Shown here: in pieces, positions 40,134 through 54,331 of the stretch
Layout of the letters: each line of letters starts with the position of its first letter
How positions within the stretch are numbered: position 1 is the first letter of the stretch
DNA from: Octopus vulgaris
Lineage: Eukaryota
Direction: 5' to 3'
Length of the DNA stretch: 64,000 nt
Assembly (NCBI GenBank): GCA_951406725.2
Contig: OX597819.1
Span: 22,382,001-22,446,000, forward strand
The notes under the pieces: generated by a model
Seen by the model: the letters and a program-made list of their open reading frames with translations, nothing else
What the model was told of the DNA's origin: nothing
Databases searched by the model: none
Made by a program: the position numbers and the translations under genes

Positions 40134-41582
40134 AAATACTTAGGAATCCATGAACTAGATAAGACACAACACACACAAATGAAAGAGAAAATAAAAAAAG
40201 AATATTATAGACGAGTTAGATCAATACTAAACACAGAGCTCAATGCTAAAAACAAGATAATAGGTATCAACACTTTAGCTGTCCCAGTTATAAGTTACAG
40301 CTACAATATCCTTAACTGGACACGAAATGAACTGACCAAAATAGATAGGAAAACAAGAAAAATAATGACAGGATCTAGGATGCATCACCCAAAATCTGAC
40401 ATAGAAAGACTATATATACAACGTATGGAAGGTGGTAGAGGCCTTATACAACTGGAAAACTACTATAAAATAACCACCATAGGACTGCAAAAATATCTAC
40501 TTCAGAAGGAAGGAAAACTGATCCAGATAGCGGCAAAACACGAGCAAAACAAAAAACTGTTCTCAGTATTTAAGGAAGCTGACAAATACAAACAAGAAAT
40601 CATACCACCTAATAAACATGAAGAAGAAGAAGAAGATGAAGAAACAACAAAAGCTATAAAACAAATGAAATCCAAACTAAAAATAGAACAGCAACGAACC
40701 ATGATAAAACGATGGCAAGAAAAGCCCCTTCATGGTAAATACTGCACTAAACTAAACGCAAAAGAAATAGACAAAGAAAAATCCCAGCAATGGTTGAGAA
40801 GCTCAGGACTCAAAGCAGAAACAGAGGGATTTTTAATTGCAGCACAAGACCAAAGCCTCCCCACCAGAAATTATCAAAAACATGTAATGAAAAGAAATAT
40901 TACAAGTAACTGCAGAATATGTGGAGATGGACAAGAAACAATAAATCATATTATCTCTAGCTGCCCAGTCCTGGCTAAGAAGGAATATATTCACAGACAT
41001 GACAGAGTTGGAACCTACATACATTGGAAGCTATGCCAACATTATGGAATAACAACAGAAAAAAGATGGTATAGGCACACACCAGAAAAGGTCACAGAAA
41101 ACGAGAAAGCAACCATACTCTGGGATATGCCGATACACACAGATAGAGAAATTAAGGCCAACAGACCAGATATAGTTGTCAGAGATCATGAAGAAAAAAA
41201 TGCTTTTAATTGATGTATCAATACCGGCAGATGACAACGTGTCTCTAAAAGAAATGGAGAAACTCTCAAAATACAAAGACCTGGAAATAGAGGTAACTAG
41301 AATGTGGAATCTGAAAACAGAAACAATTCCTATCATAGTAGGTGCATTAGGCATGATAAAAAAATATTCAGACAAATACATAACAAAAACACCAGGACTT
41401 ACAAACACATATAGCATACAGAAAATTGCACTACTAGGCACTGCCCACATCCTACGCAGAACACTTTCCATACAATAACCATCAGAGCATCACAACAAAT
41501 CACAGCACATACCCAAGGCACACAGAGCTGCGCTCGGTAGTGAAGTGAAAGCACGCTATAAAAATAAAAATAAAACTACTGA
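40131..41582 (+). mobile_element. R4/Dong-type RLE LINE, 5'-truncated, in (TAA)n
   Basis: ORFs 40179-41213 and 41176-41478: ETEGFLIAAQDQ, CRICG..ETINHIISSC zinc knuckle, RHD, NRPDIVV..LIDVSIP..EKLSKYKDL endonuclease; one frameshift in an A run. Confidence 0.92.
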
Positions 41583-41622
41583 ATAATAATAATGATAATA
41601 ATAACAATAATAATAATGATAA

Positions 41623-43432
41623 TTGGCACTGTCACCTCTATCTGATATGCTAAATAGAACTGGATGCGGATATAAATGTTAAGGCAAAACGATCAGCCAC
41701 CTTTTATATATGGATGAACTAAAACTATACGCTGCAAATGACAAACAGCTGGAAACACTATTAAAGACAGTTTATAGATTTACCAAAGAAATAGAAATGA
41801 AATTTGGATTAGAAAAATGCGCCAAAGTAACCATCAAAAGAGGAAAACTGGTTAAGAGTAGCAACATCACACTAGATAAAACCAATGAAATAAAATAATT
41901 AGACCAAAACCAAACTTACAGATACTTAGGAATCCATGAACTAGATAAGACACAACACACAAAAATGAAAGAGAAAATAAAAAAAGAATATTATAGACGA
42001 GTTAGATCAATACTAAAAACAGAGCTCAATGCTAAAAACAAGATAATAGGTATTAACACTTTAGCTGTCCCAGTTATAAGTTACAGCTACAATATCCTTA
42101 ACTGGACACTAAATGAACTGACCAAAATAGATAGGAAAACAAGAAAAATAATGACAGGATCTAGGATGCATCACCCAAAATCTGACATAGAAAGACTATA
42201 TATACAACGTATAGAAGGTGGTAGAGGCCTTATACAGCTGGAAAACTACTATAAAATAACCACCATAGAACTGCAAAAATATCTACTTCAGAAGGAAGGA
42301 AAACTGATACAAATAGCGGCAAAACACGAGCAAAACGAAAAACTGTTCTCAGTATTTAAGGAAGCTGACAAATACAAACAAGAAATCATACCACCTAATA
42401 AATATGAAGAAGAAGAAGAAGAAGAAGAAGAAGAAGAAGAAGAAGAAGAAGAAGAAGAAGAAGAAGAAGAAGAAGAAGAAGAAGAAGAAGAAGAAGATGA
42501 TGATGAAGAAGCAACAAAAGATATAAAACAAATGAAATCCAAACTAAAAATAGAACAGCAACGAACCATGAAAAAACGATGGCAAGAAAAGCCCCTTCAT
42601 GTTAAATACTGAACTAAACTAAACGGAAAAGAAATAGACCAAGAAAAATCCCAGCAATGGTTGAGAAGCTCAGGACTCAAAGCAGAGACAGAGGGATTTT
42701 TAATTGCAGCACAAGACCAGAAATTACCAAAAACATGTAATGAAAAGAAATATAACAAGTAACTGCAGAATATGTGGAGATGGACAAGAAACAATAAATC
42801 ATATTATCTCTGGCTGCCCAGTCTTGGCTAAGAAGGAATATATTCACAGACATGACAGAGTTGGAACCTACATACACTGGAAGCTATGCCAACATTATGG
42901 AATAACAACAGAAAAAAGATGGTATAGGCACACACCAGAAAAGGTCACAGAAAACGAGAAAGCAACTATGCTCTGGGATATGCCAATACACACAGATAGA
43001 GAAATTAAGGCCAACAGACCAGATATAGTTGTCAGAGATCATGAAGAAAAAAATGCTTTCTAATTGATGTATCAATACCAGCAGATGACCACGTGTCTCT
43101 AAAAGAAATGGAGAAACTTTCAAAATACAAAGACCTGGAAATAGAGGTAACCAGAATGTGGAATCTGAAAACAGAAACAATTCCTATCATAGTAGGTGCA
43201 TTAGGCATGATAAAAAAATATTCAGACAAATACATAACAAAAACACCAGGACTTACAAACACATATAACATACAGAAAATTGCACTACTAGGCACTGCAC
43301 ACATCCTACGCAGAACACTTTCCATACAATAACCATCAGAGTATCACAACAAATCACAGCACATACCTAAGGCACACAGAGCTGCGATCGGTAGTGAAGT
43401 GAAAGCACGCTATAAAAATAAAGCTACTGAAT
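41623..43432 (+). mobile_element. Second copy of the same R4/Dong family, longer at the 5' end, with stops and a (GAA)n expansion
   Basis: Near-identical to 40131-41582; adds HLLYMDELKLYA and FGLEKCAK RT motifs; (TAA)n on both sides. Confidence 0.92.
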
Positions 43433-43433
43433 G

Positions 43434-43508
<75 letters not shown>

Positions 43509-45495
43509 GTGTTGTCAACACTAGTTTAAACCACTAAAATGATGATAATATTAATGGAAGTGTGGGAATTAGAAAAAACAGTCCTAACATATCTAATATG
43601 TACAATATAGACGGTGACGTCGAAGTTTATACTAGCACAAGTATTTCTGACACAATGCCTTTTGAAGGAAATATAAATAATAACAACAATAATAACACAG
43701 ATTATAGTAGTAGTAATAGTAATAATAATTATAATAATAATAATAACAAAAACGACGATAGGAATGATGATATGTGGTGTGCAATATATAATACTACCCC
43801 ATGATAGACCCTGCCTATCACAGTATTTTTCTTTCTATGATGCTCTGGCCTTCTGTTCATATTACGTATATTTGCAGTGACTTTATGTACGTCAACTTTC
43901 GACTAAATCATATACATCTTAGAGACTACAAAATCATACACTCAATAGCATCTGTAACATTACAACATATATAATCTCTTCGGTCTGAATACCTTTAATT
44001 GCCCTCACTACTTCAATGCCTATTACCCCCTATTTTCGGGTTACCTTTATCTCTTCTCTATCTCTAATCTTAATACTCTTTATATGTATGTTATATGGCT
44101 TTCTATTATTTTCTATAAATTCTTATTTTGTTTTCATATTTTGAGATCCTTACTTATTAACCTCTTATCACCTATAAATTGTTATTTTTCTTGTTCTTAA
44201 ATATATATTTTTCAGTTACTTAAGTTCATGCAAGATGGTTATAATATATCCATATAAACGTATAAATATTTATGTACGTGTATATATGCATATATACACA
44301 TATATAAATGTGTGCGAATCTGTATGCATCTTTACTATTTTTCTGATTCGTAGTTTAAAATTAATAGATAGCATGTATATTTGTCCAGTTATTCGATAGG
44401 TAAATGCCCTGAGCGGTCTTTATAGAGACTACCTAATAAGAAATTAATTAAGTACATGAATGAATATTAAACTGATTCTACGTAATCTTTCCGTTCTAAT
44501 GTTTAGAATTGATATATACACACCCTTTACCAATTTCATTTATGATATCATTTTTGAAATTCTGAAATTTATTTTTATACAACATAACAATATTGTATAT
44601 AACCAATCATCCATAGTGTCCCAAAATATAATTTCCTCTGTATTAAGATCTTAATTTTCCTAGTGTCTTACCTCTTTAACTGGTAATTAACATCATGATT
44701 TAATGTCTACCACTACCCTGCCTCTTTTCATAGACAGTTACTTATATTTAACTTACAACTTCTAATGTCTTATTTCCTCCCTCCGGAAAAGGGATACATA
44801 TGATAATATTTATAACCTTAACTAGCCATTAGCTGTCAACGCACCGTTGCCCTTTATTCAAAATAGACACAGTTTCTAGTCTTAGATTTAGTAGATGATA
44901 AATAGATTTAGTAGATGATAAATGAATTGGAAATGAATTATAATTCCTTACAACATTATGACCCCACTTGACTACATGCTATTCTTAGAAGTGTACTTCA
45001 TTCTTAGCTACAATTTCTTCCATCTTCTTCCTCTGTTAAAATATTTGAGAATAATTATATGAATGTCTTACTATGTATTTGTGGAGTTGAATATGCCACT
45101 GCATTTAAATTAATGTAATGATTGCATTGTTCAAATAAATGGATCCATTTGAAACGGCCGTACTGATTCACTAATTGATATCCTGTTGCTTATTTTGATT
45201 TTATTCACTTTCGAGTTGTGTGCAGATACTACTGGACTAACTTGGTGATTCAACTTAAGTCAAGTATATATATATTATCAATAGTAATAAAGGGTAAAAT
45301 TAATTAATTAATCAATAATTAATAATTTTACCAAGTAGTTCGGTATGTTAAAAGAACCATTATTGGTAAACTTAAACAAAAAATTAATGATTATGAGTAT
45401 AATTATAATTAGGGTTCAGCAAAAATAATTATACTCATAATTATAAAATATATATATATATACTTTATTTTAAGCAGCAGGAAATTCAACAAAAT

Positions 45496-45533
45496 CTGTT
45501 ACTCTGAGTTTCTCGTTGCCGTTCATCAGACAG
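45496..45533 (-). ncRNA. Minimal type I hammerhead ribozyme motif
   Basis: Minus strand: ctgt-CTGATGA-acg-gcaa-cga-GAAA-ctc-a-gag-TA-acag; stem I ctgt/acag, stem III ctc/gag, GTA triplet; A.A mismatch at the base of stem II. Confidence 0.6.
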
Positions 45534-46690
45534 TTTTTGCTAGAATGGAACCGATATATCAATTCAATCTAGACTCTTACAAACGCTACACCTTTAAAAA
45601 GAAATGGACTTGTTTGATTGGCCCTTTAGAAAAAAAACGGTCAATCTTCGAGCGATAAACAAAAAGGTCAAAAAATATATGTATATATATATATATAAAA
45701 TCTTATAAAAAATTTATAAAATCCGAGGAAAAAACCTTACATTGAATAAAATTCATATTGACGTTAATGAAGAAAGTATAAATTATTTCTTAGAAATTAA
45801 ACCTGTTATAAATATTACACTGCAATACATATTTTTATTAAAATGTGCATATATATATCAACATACACAAAAGGATGCGCGCAAACGCCATACATATACA
45901 GACGTATGAATATAAATCTAAACATACACATAAATGCATGTTTACATATATTCACGCAAACCATCTCGCACGCAAGTTAAAAATGATCTATGTAGCGATT
46001 CTCATATATTGAGTAAGGGGGGAACGAAAGAAAGGAAGAGAGAGAAAAAGGAACAAAGGAGGGGTGGGGAAAAAAACGAAATAAGAAAAAATTATGTATA
46101 CAAGCTGTGTAACGGCATTATTGGCATATATGGAGACAAGTATAAACACAAGTTCGAATGGATACATACACATACAGTCGTGTATATGTGTGCTTAAGCA
46201 CAAACATACTCTCACTTACACATACACAGATACGCATGCTTACAAATACATATCCTCGGCTATACACATACTTACATCAACATTCTAATTTTGACAACAT
46301 TGCTTTTTTAAAAAAAACATTGCTTTTTTTAAAAAGAATGGGTGCATTAATAAAAATATATACGAAAGACATATAAAATAAAATATAACACCCTATTTTG
46401 GATCATTTATAAATAATCAAGGTAATATAAATAATCAAGGTAATCCTATACAATACAATAACATGAAAACAAAGTTGAAGGTTTTTCCTGATGTATATGT
46501 AGAAACATAAGACTTTGCTATACGGATTAAGATCCGCATAGCTTGGAAACAAAATCCATCGTAGCGCTCACCGTTCAAGAGTCAAAATCAAAATTTCAAA
46601 AATCAAAAATACAAAATATATACTCTATCCATATGGTATATTTATATTCGACATTTTAAATTTAGCCGCGTGCCTACATAAGTTCATTAG

Positions 46691-46761
<71 letters not shown>

Positions 46762-46887
46762 TTAAATTTAAAATTATAAGGGTGAAAAATTGAATATCAA
46801 TTTCATTAAAACCAATTTAAAACCAGTGGTCTAGCATATTAAAATCTTAGGATTCAGAAAAATTTTATTGCATCCATTATGCTAGAA

Positions 46888-46939
<52 letters not shown>

Positions 46940-47940
46940 GTATAAATATCAACACAAATATTTCTCCTTCCTCCTCCTTTTTTACTCCTCTCTTCCCTTC
47001 TCCAAACTCACAGACACCCATTCACACACACACCTCCACAAAACAATCATAAAAAGAATTCCTCTTCTCTTAACCCCCAAAAGCATTTGACCATCCCTCA
47101 TTAAACACACACACACACACACACTCTCCCTCTCTCTCTCTCTCTCTCTCAATGATAAAAAGAAATATAATTTATGGTCTACCTCCCCACCATCACACAC
47201 TCAATAACACTATAAAATGGTCAAAACTGAAATTCTTTTCCCCCAAGATCTTTGACCCCCTTGGAGTCAACATCCTGTCCATCAGAGCAAAAAAATTATT
47301 TTCTTCTTCTTCCTCTCCCTTCTCCTCTGTTACTTTAGCACTCGTTCCAAATACAAAAACACACACACACACGTACGCACACACACAAATACACACATGC
47401 TCTCTCTCTCACTTTCTCCTCATCCATCACCATCTTGTACTGTCTTATATTCCTCCCCACCACTACAGACTCAATACCACTATAAAATGGTCAAAACTTT
47501 TCACACAGGAACTTAGTTTGATTTGAAAACCCCACTAGAATGGGAGAAAGAGCTAATACATGATCTAAGTTATAGGATGTATAAAAAATGTAATATACAA
47601 ATAAATATCTGTAAATATAAACCATCCGATTAGTACCTCATTTCTTCGAATATAAAATACCTGTACATCATCTCCAAACCTTCCAATATATATATATAGG
47701 GTCTACCTCTAGCATAATGAATGTCTATATATATATATATATAAATATGAGAGGGAATCCACTATGTGGAAGCCCTTACGCTAAAATGAGAAACACATAA
47801 GTCTCAACCAGTAAGAATTGTATTTACATAAGTATTTATGTATTAATAATATTTTCTGAATCTCAGTTTTTACGCGCTAAACCACTGGTGTTAAATTGAT
47901 GTTATTAAATTAATATCCAATTTTTCACCCTCATTTTGAC

Positions 47941-47983
<43 letters not shown>

Positions 47984-48029
47984 CATATATGCAGGTAAAT
48001 GTATTCACACATGCATTAATACACACACA

Positions 48030-48093
<64 letters not shown>

Positions 48094-48221
48094 AGAACGC
48101 AAATATATACGTATAGCATTCACGCATTCGCGTATCTAGATGATTTGTTCCTCTGTCCTTTGAAATAGTAAACAGTTACCAGTTTAATCACCTCAAATTA
48201 CATTTGTTCTTCCAGATCAAT

Positions 48222-48294
48222 ATGACACGACTATTTCCTTTCTGTTTGCTGATTTCGACTGCATTTAAAGTTGATATGACATTAGCCAGACCCA
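48222..48294 (+). CDS. Gene B coding exon 1: signal peptide MTRLFPFCLLISTAFKVDMTLARP
   Basis: Acceptor ttcttccag|atcaatATG, phase-1 donor CCCA|GTAAGT at 48295; 13 of 24 aa identical to the gene A exon. Confidence 0.85.
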
Positions 48295-48539
48295 GTAAGT
48301 TTCCAATCATATATGAAAATGCATTTCTTGGGCACCAAATCGTTTCATCTATTCAATCGATCAGAGTTTTCGAGGCTTGATTGCCGATATTTGATTTCCA
48401 TTGCTATGAATTGACTATAATGAATGTATGTATCAATAAATACACAGACACACTCACACAGAAACACACACATAAGTAAGTAACGAAGATGTACACGGGA
48501 CACTTCATTACGGCCGTTTCAAGCGACTCCATTACTTGA

Positions 48540-49260
48540 TTAAGGAAAATTATTGCTACTAATACCACCTTATTCAGCGACTTCAACTGCTTAAACTCCC
48601 AAGCTAATTTGTTATATCTGTCGACTTTTTTTTCTTCCTGATCGCATACCGTGTTGTCAGCTCGATCCAGCATCGTTTGCTTTCTATCTCAATTACAACT
48701 ATGTCTCGTTTACTTTTCTCTACCTCATGGACGCACTGAATCATAAAATCCCATAGGATCTTTGCATTATCATTTTGATTATTAGTATTATTTGTTTGAC
48801 TTTTGTTTTGTATGTGTACATGTTGACTCCAAGTCTCACCCAGAGACGTCAAGAAACAACAAGTTAGATGTTCATGTTGATGTTATGAAAAGGGTGTCAT
48901 ATATTTGGTTTTGCACATACTATTGTTCTAGAGAATGTTTAAGGAAACAAAGAAAAATTATGAGTTTGTTTTAGAATTTGAGATTACATAGACTGCATTT
49001 TACGTAGGATATGGTCAGTTTAAATGAGCACTATCTTTTGAATCTCTGCCATTTTGGGGTTTCCTGGTTTCTGAGATAGGTGGCAATCAGCCCCTTTTGC
49101 TATCATTCCTCGGGCACCTATGACAACAGCTATTGTTTTAGTCCTGAGGTTCCACATTTTGCCAATTGCTATTTTAAGATCTTTATACTTGCTCAGTTTT
49201 TTGCAGGTTTTGACAGATACATTTATGTCGATTGGGACAGTCATACTCAGTTTGCAAATG
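48540..49260 (-). mobile_element. Old R4/Dong 3'-end fragments
   Basis: AKILWDFMIQC..DIVVIE and TVPIDINVSVKTCKKLSKYKDLK..MAEIQKIVL match the RLE domain. Confidence 0.75.
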
Positions 49261-49404
49261 ACAAGCAAATTTGTGGTACTGAGCAGAGTATTTGCTGTAG
49301 CTCATCTTTTATACCACGACAAAATAATGAAAAGGACAACACTTCCAATCAGTTAAGATGAAAGCCATGAAAGCTATGAAAGCTATTACCCCGTAATGCA
49401 TCAG

Positions 49405-49519
<115 letters not shown>

Positions 49520-49555
49520 TTATTATTATTCTTATTATTATTATTATTAATATTA

Positions 49556-52500
49556 TTCTATGTTTGACTTTTGCTCCAAGTCTCACCCAGAGACCTCAAG
49601 AGACAACAGGTTGGAAGTTCATGTTGTTATTATGCCTAGTGTGCCATATATTTTGGGTGGCGGGTGGGGGTGGGTGGTTGTACTAATGAATGTCTAAAAA
49701 AAAGTTTTTTTTAAACCCGAAAATTATGTTTGTTTTAAACATTGAGATTACATAGAAAGTATTTTGCGTAGAATATGAGCAGTTCCCATGAGCACTATCT
49801 TTTGAATTTTTGCCATGTTTGGGTTTCCTGGTATCTGAGTTAGGTAGCTATCAGCCCCTTTTGCTATCGTTCCCAGGGCACCTATGACAACAGGTATTGT
49901 TTTAGTCTTCAGGTTCCATATTTTGCTGATTTCTATTTCAAGATCTTTATATTTGCTCAGTTTTTGGTAGGTCTTGACAGATAGGTTTATATCGATTGGG
50001 ACAGTCATATCAATGAGGAGGCATGTTCTTTGTTTGAAGTCTTTCAATATGATGTCTGGCCTATTTGCATCTATCTTTCTGTCAGTTCCAGAGGAGTGAG
50101 ATGTGGTCATTTTCAAGCACTGGGGGTGGTTTGTGTTCCCACCAGTTTTTTTCGTGGGGCAAATCCAGGTTTTTGCAGATTACCCAGTGAATATATTGTG
50201 CAGCTCTATCGTGCCTGTTGAGATACTCTGTAGGCGCTAGAAGACTGCACTTGGAGACCACACGATCAATGGTTTCATTTTGTTGCTGGCATACACGACA
50301 TGTTGGGCTACTGACGTTCTTTTATATGTTGGCCTGGTAGTTTCTTTTTGGTAGGCATTGATCTTGAGCTGCTATGATAAACCCCTCTGTTTCAGATTTT
50401 AAGCCAGAGGCCATTAGCCATTGATGGATCAGGGCTTTGTCTACATCTGCATTATTTGCTCTCTTTGGGTATTTGCCATAGAGAGGTTTTTCTTGCTATT
50501 TATCATTCAGAATATCTAAGGCCGCAGATTTAGCACGGGTTTTCATGCACTTAGATTTTTCTGTGCCTGTTTCTTGTATGTCTATCTATAATTCCGAAAT
50601 TTGTTGTATTCGGAATTCACTTAGGTATTCCTTTGCCTGTTTTGTTACTGAGTATGATGCTTTCTTGTTTTCATGTTTTGAGACAAGTTTTAACATCCAG
50701 TCCTCAGAGTTTTTCAGGAAGGTGTCTAGGCCAATTGTAGCAACCTTCATTGTTATTGCCAGTTGTAAAAGTCCACGGCCTCCCTCTTTTCTTGGCAGAT
50801 AAAGTCGTTCTGTATCTGCGTTAGGGTGGTGCATTCTATGCATTGTCAACAGTTTTCGTATTTTTCTGTCAAGATTACATATTTCAGTAATTGACCAGTT
50901 AACGATATTGAAACTGTAAGTCACGACTGGTATAGCTAATGCATTGATCGCTTCGATCCTGTTTCTCGCATTCAGCTCTGTCTTTCATTTCTGAATGCCT
51001 TATTCCTTCTCCTTCAATTACCCCTAGATACTTGTAGTTCTCTGCTGGGTCTAATTCTTTTATGACATTCTGCTGGTCGAGGTAAACGTTAGATGTTTCT
51101 GTCATTTTTCCTTTGATAAATGTAGCTTTTGCACACTTATTGAGGCCAAATTGCATTCTGATGTCATCACTGAATTGTTTGACAATCGCTAGTAAGCCCT
51201 TGAGATGTTGGTAATTTTTTGCAAAGAGTTTTAAATCATCTATGTAAATGAGGTGATTTATAATTTTATCAAACATTTTATATCCGTACTGCGCGTCATT
51301 GAGCAGTTTTGAGAGAGGTATTAAGGCTAAACAAAAGAGGAGTGGTGATAGTGAGTCACCCTGGAAAATGCCACATGAAATTTTTACATCACCAGCATTT
51401 AGAGATTCATCGTCACTGTTCAAAGATTGTGTGGTTCTCCATGATCTCATACTTACGGACAAAATGTTTCACAGAGTAGGCGCTATTTTGTACATTTCCA
51501 GGCATTTCTTTATCCAGCTATGTGGTAGGCTATCAAAAGCCTTTTTATAGTCTATCCAGGGTATTGACAAGTTTTTGTGTCGTTTGTGACAATCTTCTAA
51601 GATCATTTTATTGATGAGTAGTTGATCTTTACAACCATAGGATCCACGTTTACATCCTTTCTGTTCATTAGGGAATATGCTGCTGTCTGTTAAAAAACTA
51701 TAGGTATATTCCGTCAGGGCAGATGTTAGCGTTTTATATATAGTTGTTAAGCAAGTTATGGGTCTATAGGTTTTTGGTTCATTTGTTTCTTCACTTTTTG
51801 GGAGCAAGAATGTTAACCCATTAACTAGCCAAGGAGGCATCCTACTAGGGTGTTACAAAACATCATTGTAAAGTTCTGTTAGCAATTCATAGCTCTCTGG
51901 GAAGTCTCTCTGGAGACTTCCATTTGCTTGACCTCCTGAGAGCAGATCTTACATCTACCTTGACACCCTCCCACTTTTGCTCCCCTAAGGAGTATAAGTC
52001 CGTAGCTATTCTGTCAATCCAAGGGACCTTTTCGTTGTGTGTTTTTTCTTCTGCCCAAATTTTATTCCAAAATCCCGGCATTTCTTCCTTTGATGGTACA
52101 GACATTACAGTAACTGGTGTTTTCCCTATCTTCCTGTAAAATTTTTGGGGTTATTTTTGAACATGTTGTAGTCCTTGAAGAATCTAACACGCTTTTCATA
52201 CCTCGCTATGCGGGGAGCTTTAGCAGATACCTTTTGCTTGATGGTTTCTATGGTGGCATCAATATCAAGTATAGTTTTCATATATTTTGTCTTTAATTTT
52301 TGGGTTTTTGTAGGTTTGGTAGTCTTGTCAACCTTAATGTTTTTCGAACATTCAATGTCAGACCTAAGTAGTTTAATTTGATGTTGTATACGCTCTAGCC
52401 AAGAAGGCTTTTTGTGGGAATGTTGCCGTTTTCTAATTTTTTCACCTCATAGGATCGTTGATATTTTCACGGATGCATAGTACAAGTGGTTGAGATCTTT

Positions 52501-54270
52501 GATAGTAACATCATTAGCTGAAATTATATCCTTAAGTGCAAGGCGGATTTTACCAATTATTTTCATGTTTTGGTTAGAGTTGTGGATTCTGGGGAGTGTA
52601 TCGCGTTCATCCATATTGGCTTCTTTAAGTTTCAGCCATTCAATCATGATTTGATTCTTTAGTTCACGTAGTTCAGTTGGGTCAATATTTGTGTGACTTT
52701 CTTCTATTTGATGTTCATTTGTCTTAATGTTTATGATTGGTTCAGTGAGTATTTCACTTTACCTATCAGTTATACTAGCTGTTTCAATCCTTACTTCGTT
52801 TTTATCAGCCCTGGGCTGGTCTATAATTATTTCCTTTGTATTATCTTTAACTGCGGCTTCGTTGTTTTTATCCGTTACTGCTTGTTTGATTTGATCAATC
52901 TCTACTTCAGTCAGTAATTTTTTTATAATGTTTCTTCTGACGTTGAAAAGTTTGTTACTGTCTATGTAGGGTCTTACTTCAGGTTGTTTCTGTCTCCAGT
53001 TTATGTAGGTTTGTATAGTGTTAGATTTATCTGTGGGGAAATATATGGCATGGTAGAAGGCCGCAAGAACTTCTTTATTATCTTCCCTAGACCATTTTTC
53101 ATTCTTTTTCTTTTGAGTGTTTGGTGCCGGGCATGGATGGCCATCTGATGGAATATTGTGGGGTACGTCCAGCTCCTGTGTGTCGGGAAGATTTGATCCA
53201 GTAGCTGATTTTTCAATCAGAATTTGGTTCAATGTTCGGGTTTGTGGTCTTTTGTAAACCGATCGATGGCCATTGCGGTTTGTAATTTGTTTTGTTGACA
53301 TTGAGGCATGACGAGCTTCGGCACTTAGATTAGGAGTCGGATCTGTCAGTTTAGGGTTAAGTTTTTGCGACGATAGCGCCTCTGAATATAATAATCGCTC
53401 GTAACGTAATTTCTTAAAGCTAGCAGATCTGTATTCGTCTGTATTATTTTTGTTGATAGATTTACCTTCGGACATAGTTTTTTTTGTGGTGTTTTTTAAA
53501 CTTATGAAGGGTTCACTCTATCTGTGTTAGTTCGAGAAAATGATAGTAAAATAAGAAGAAAACAAAAAGATCTGTCGGTTACGGGTTAAGTTTTTGCAGC
53601 GACACCGCCTCTGAATGTAAATATCACCCATAGCGTAATTTCTTAAGGCTAGCAGATCTGTATTCGTCTGTAATTTTTTATATTTATAATTTTGTTGTTT
53701 GTAGATTTACCTCTGGACAGAGTTTTTTGGCTTTGTGGTGCTTTTTACCCTTATGAAAGGTTCACTCTGTCTGTGGTAGTTCTAAAATATGAGAATAAAA
53801 TAAGAAGAAAAACAAAGAAGGTTTTGATTTTGTTTTTGCTTGCTTTGTGACAAGTATTTTCATGTGCTTGAGTGTGTGTGTCCAGTAAATTTCACTTAGT
53901 GTGTTCAACTTTGGGATGTATGTGTAGTCCTATGGGTACCAAAGTGTGTATATGATTGTGTAGACATTCGAGTGTATGCGTAATTACTCAATTTATGAAC
54001 TCACTATTTTTTAAAATTTTGGTCCGTTTCTATTTTATTCTATGTAAACTTCCCGGTGTTGATATCGCGTGTGTGTTTCGCGCATGTTTCATTGAGACAC
54101 CGTGTGTAGGAGAAGCTGTACTTTGTATGGCAGTAAAATTTCGTTTTTTTCCTTAGTGTCTTCGTTTAAAGGTCGCTTCCTTCAAGTTTTCCTCAGGTTC
54201 ATTTATCCAATTCCATCGATGTTATTGGATTAGATTTGTTTTTGAATGGAGAGCCCGGCTTAGTACAGCC
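49556..54270 (-). mobile_element. Apparently full-length but decayed R4/Dong-type RLE LINE (second family)
   Basis: Colinear ORF pieces from the N-terminus (KWSREDNKEV..LFNVRRNI) through RT (YRPITCL, EQKGCK, WIDYKKAFDS, GIFQGDSLSP, YIDDLK) to RLE (NRPDIIL..LIDMTVP); 5' region holds a ~230 bp tandem duplication (53345-53810); (TTA)n at both ends. Confidence 0.9.
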
Positions 54271-54273
54271 ATG

Positions 54274-54323
<50 letters not shown>

Positions 54324-54331
54324 TATTATTA

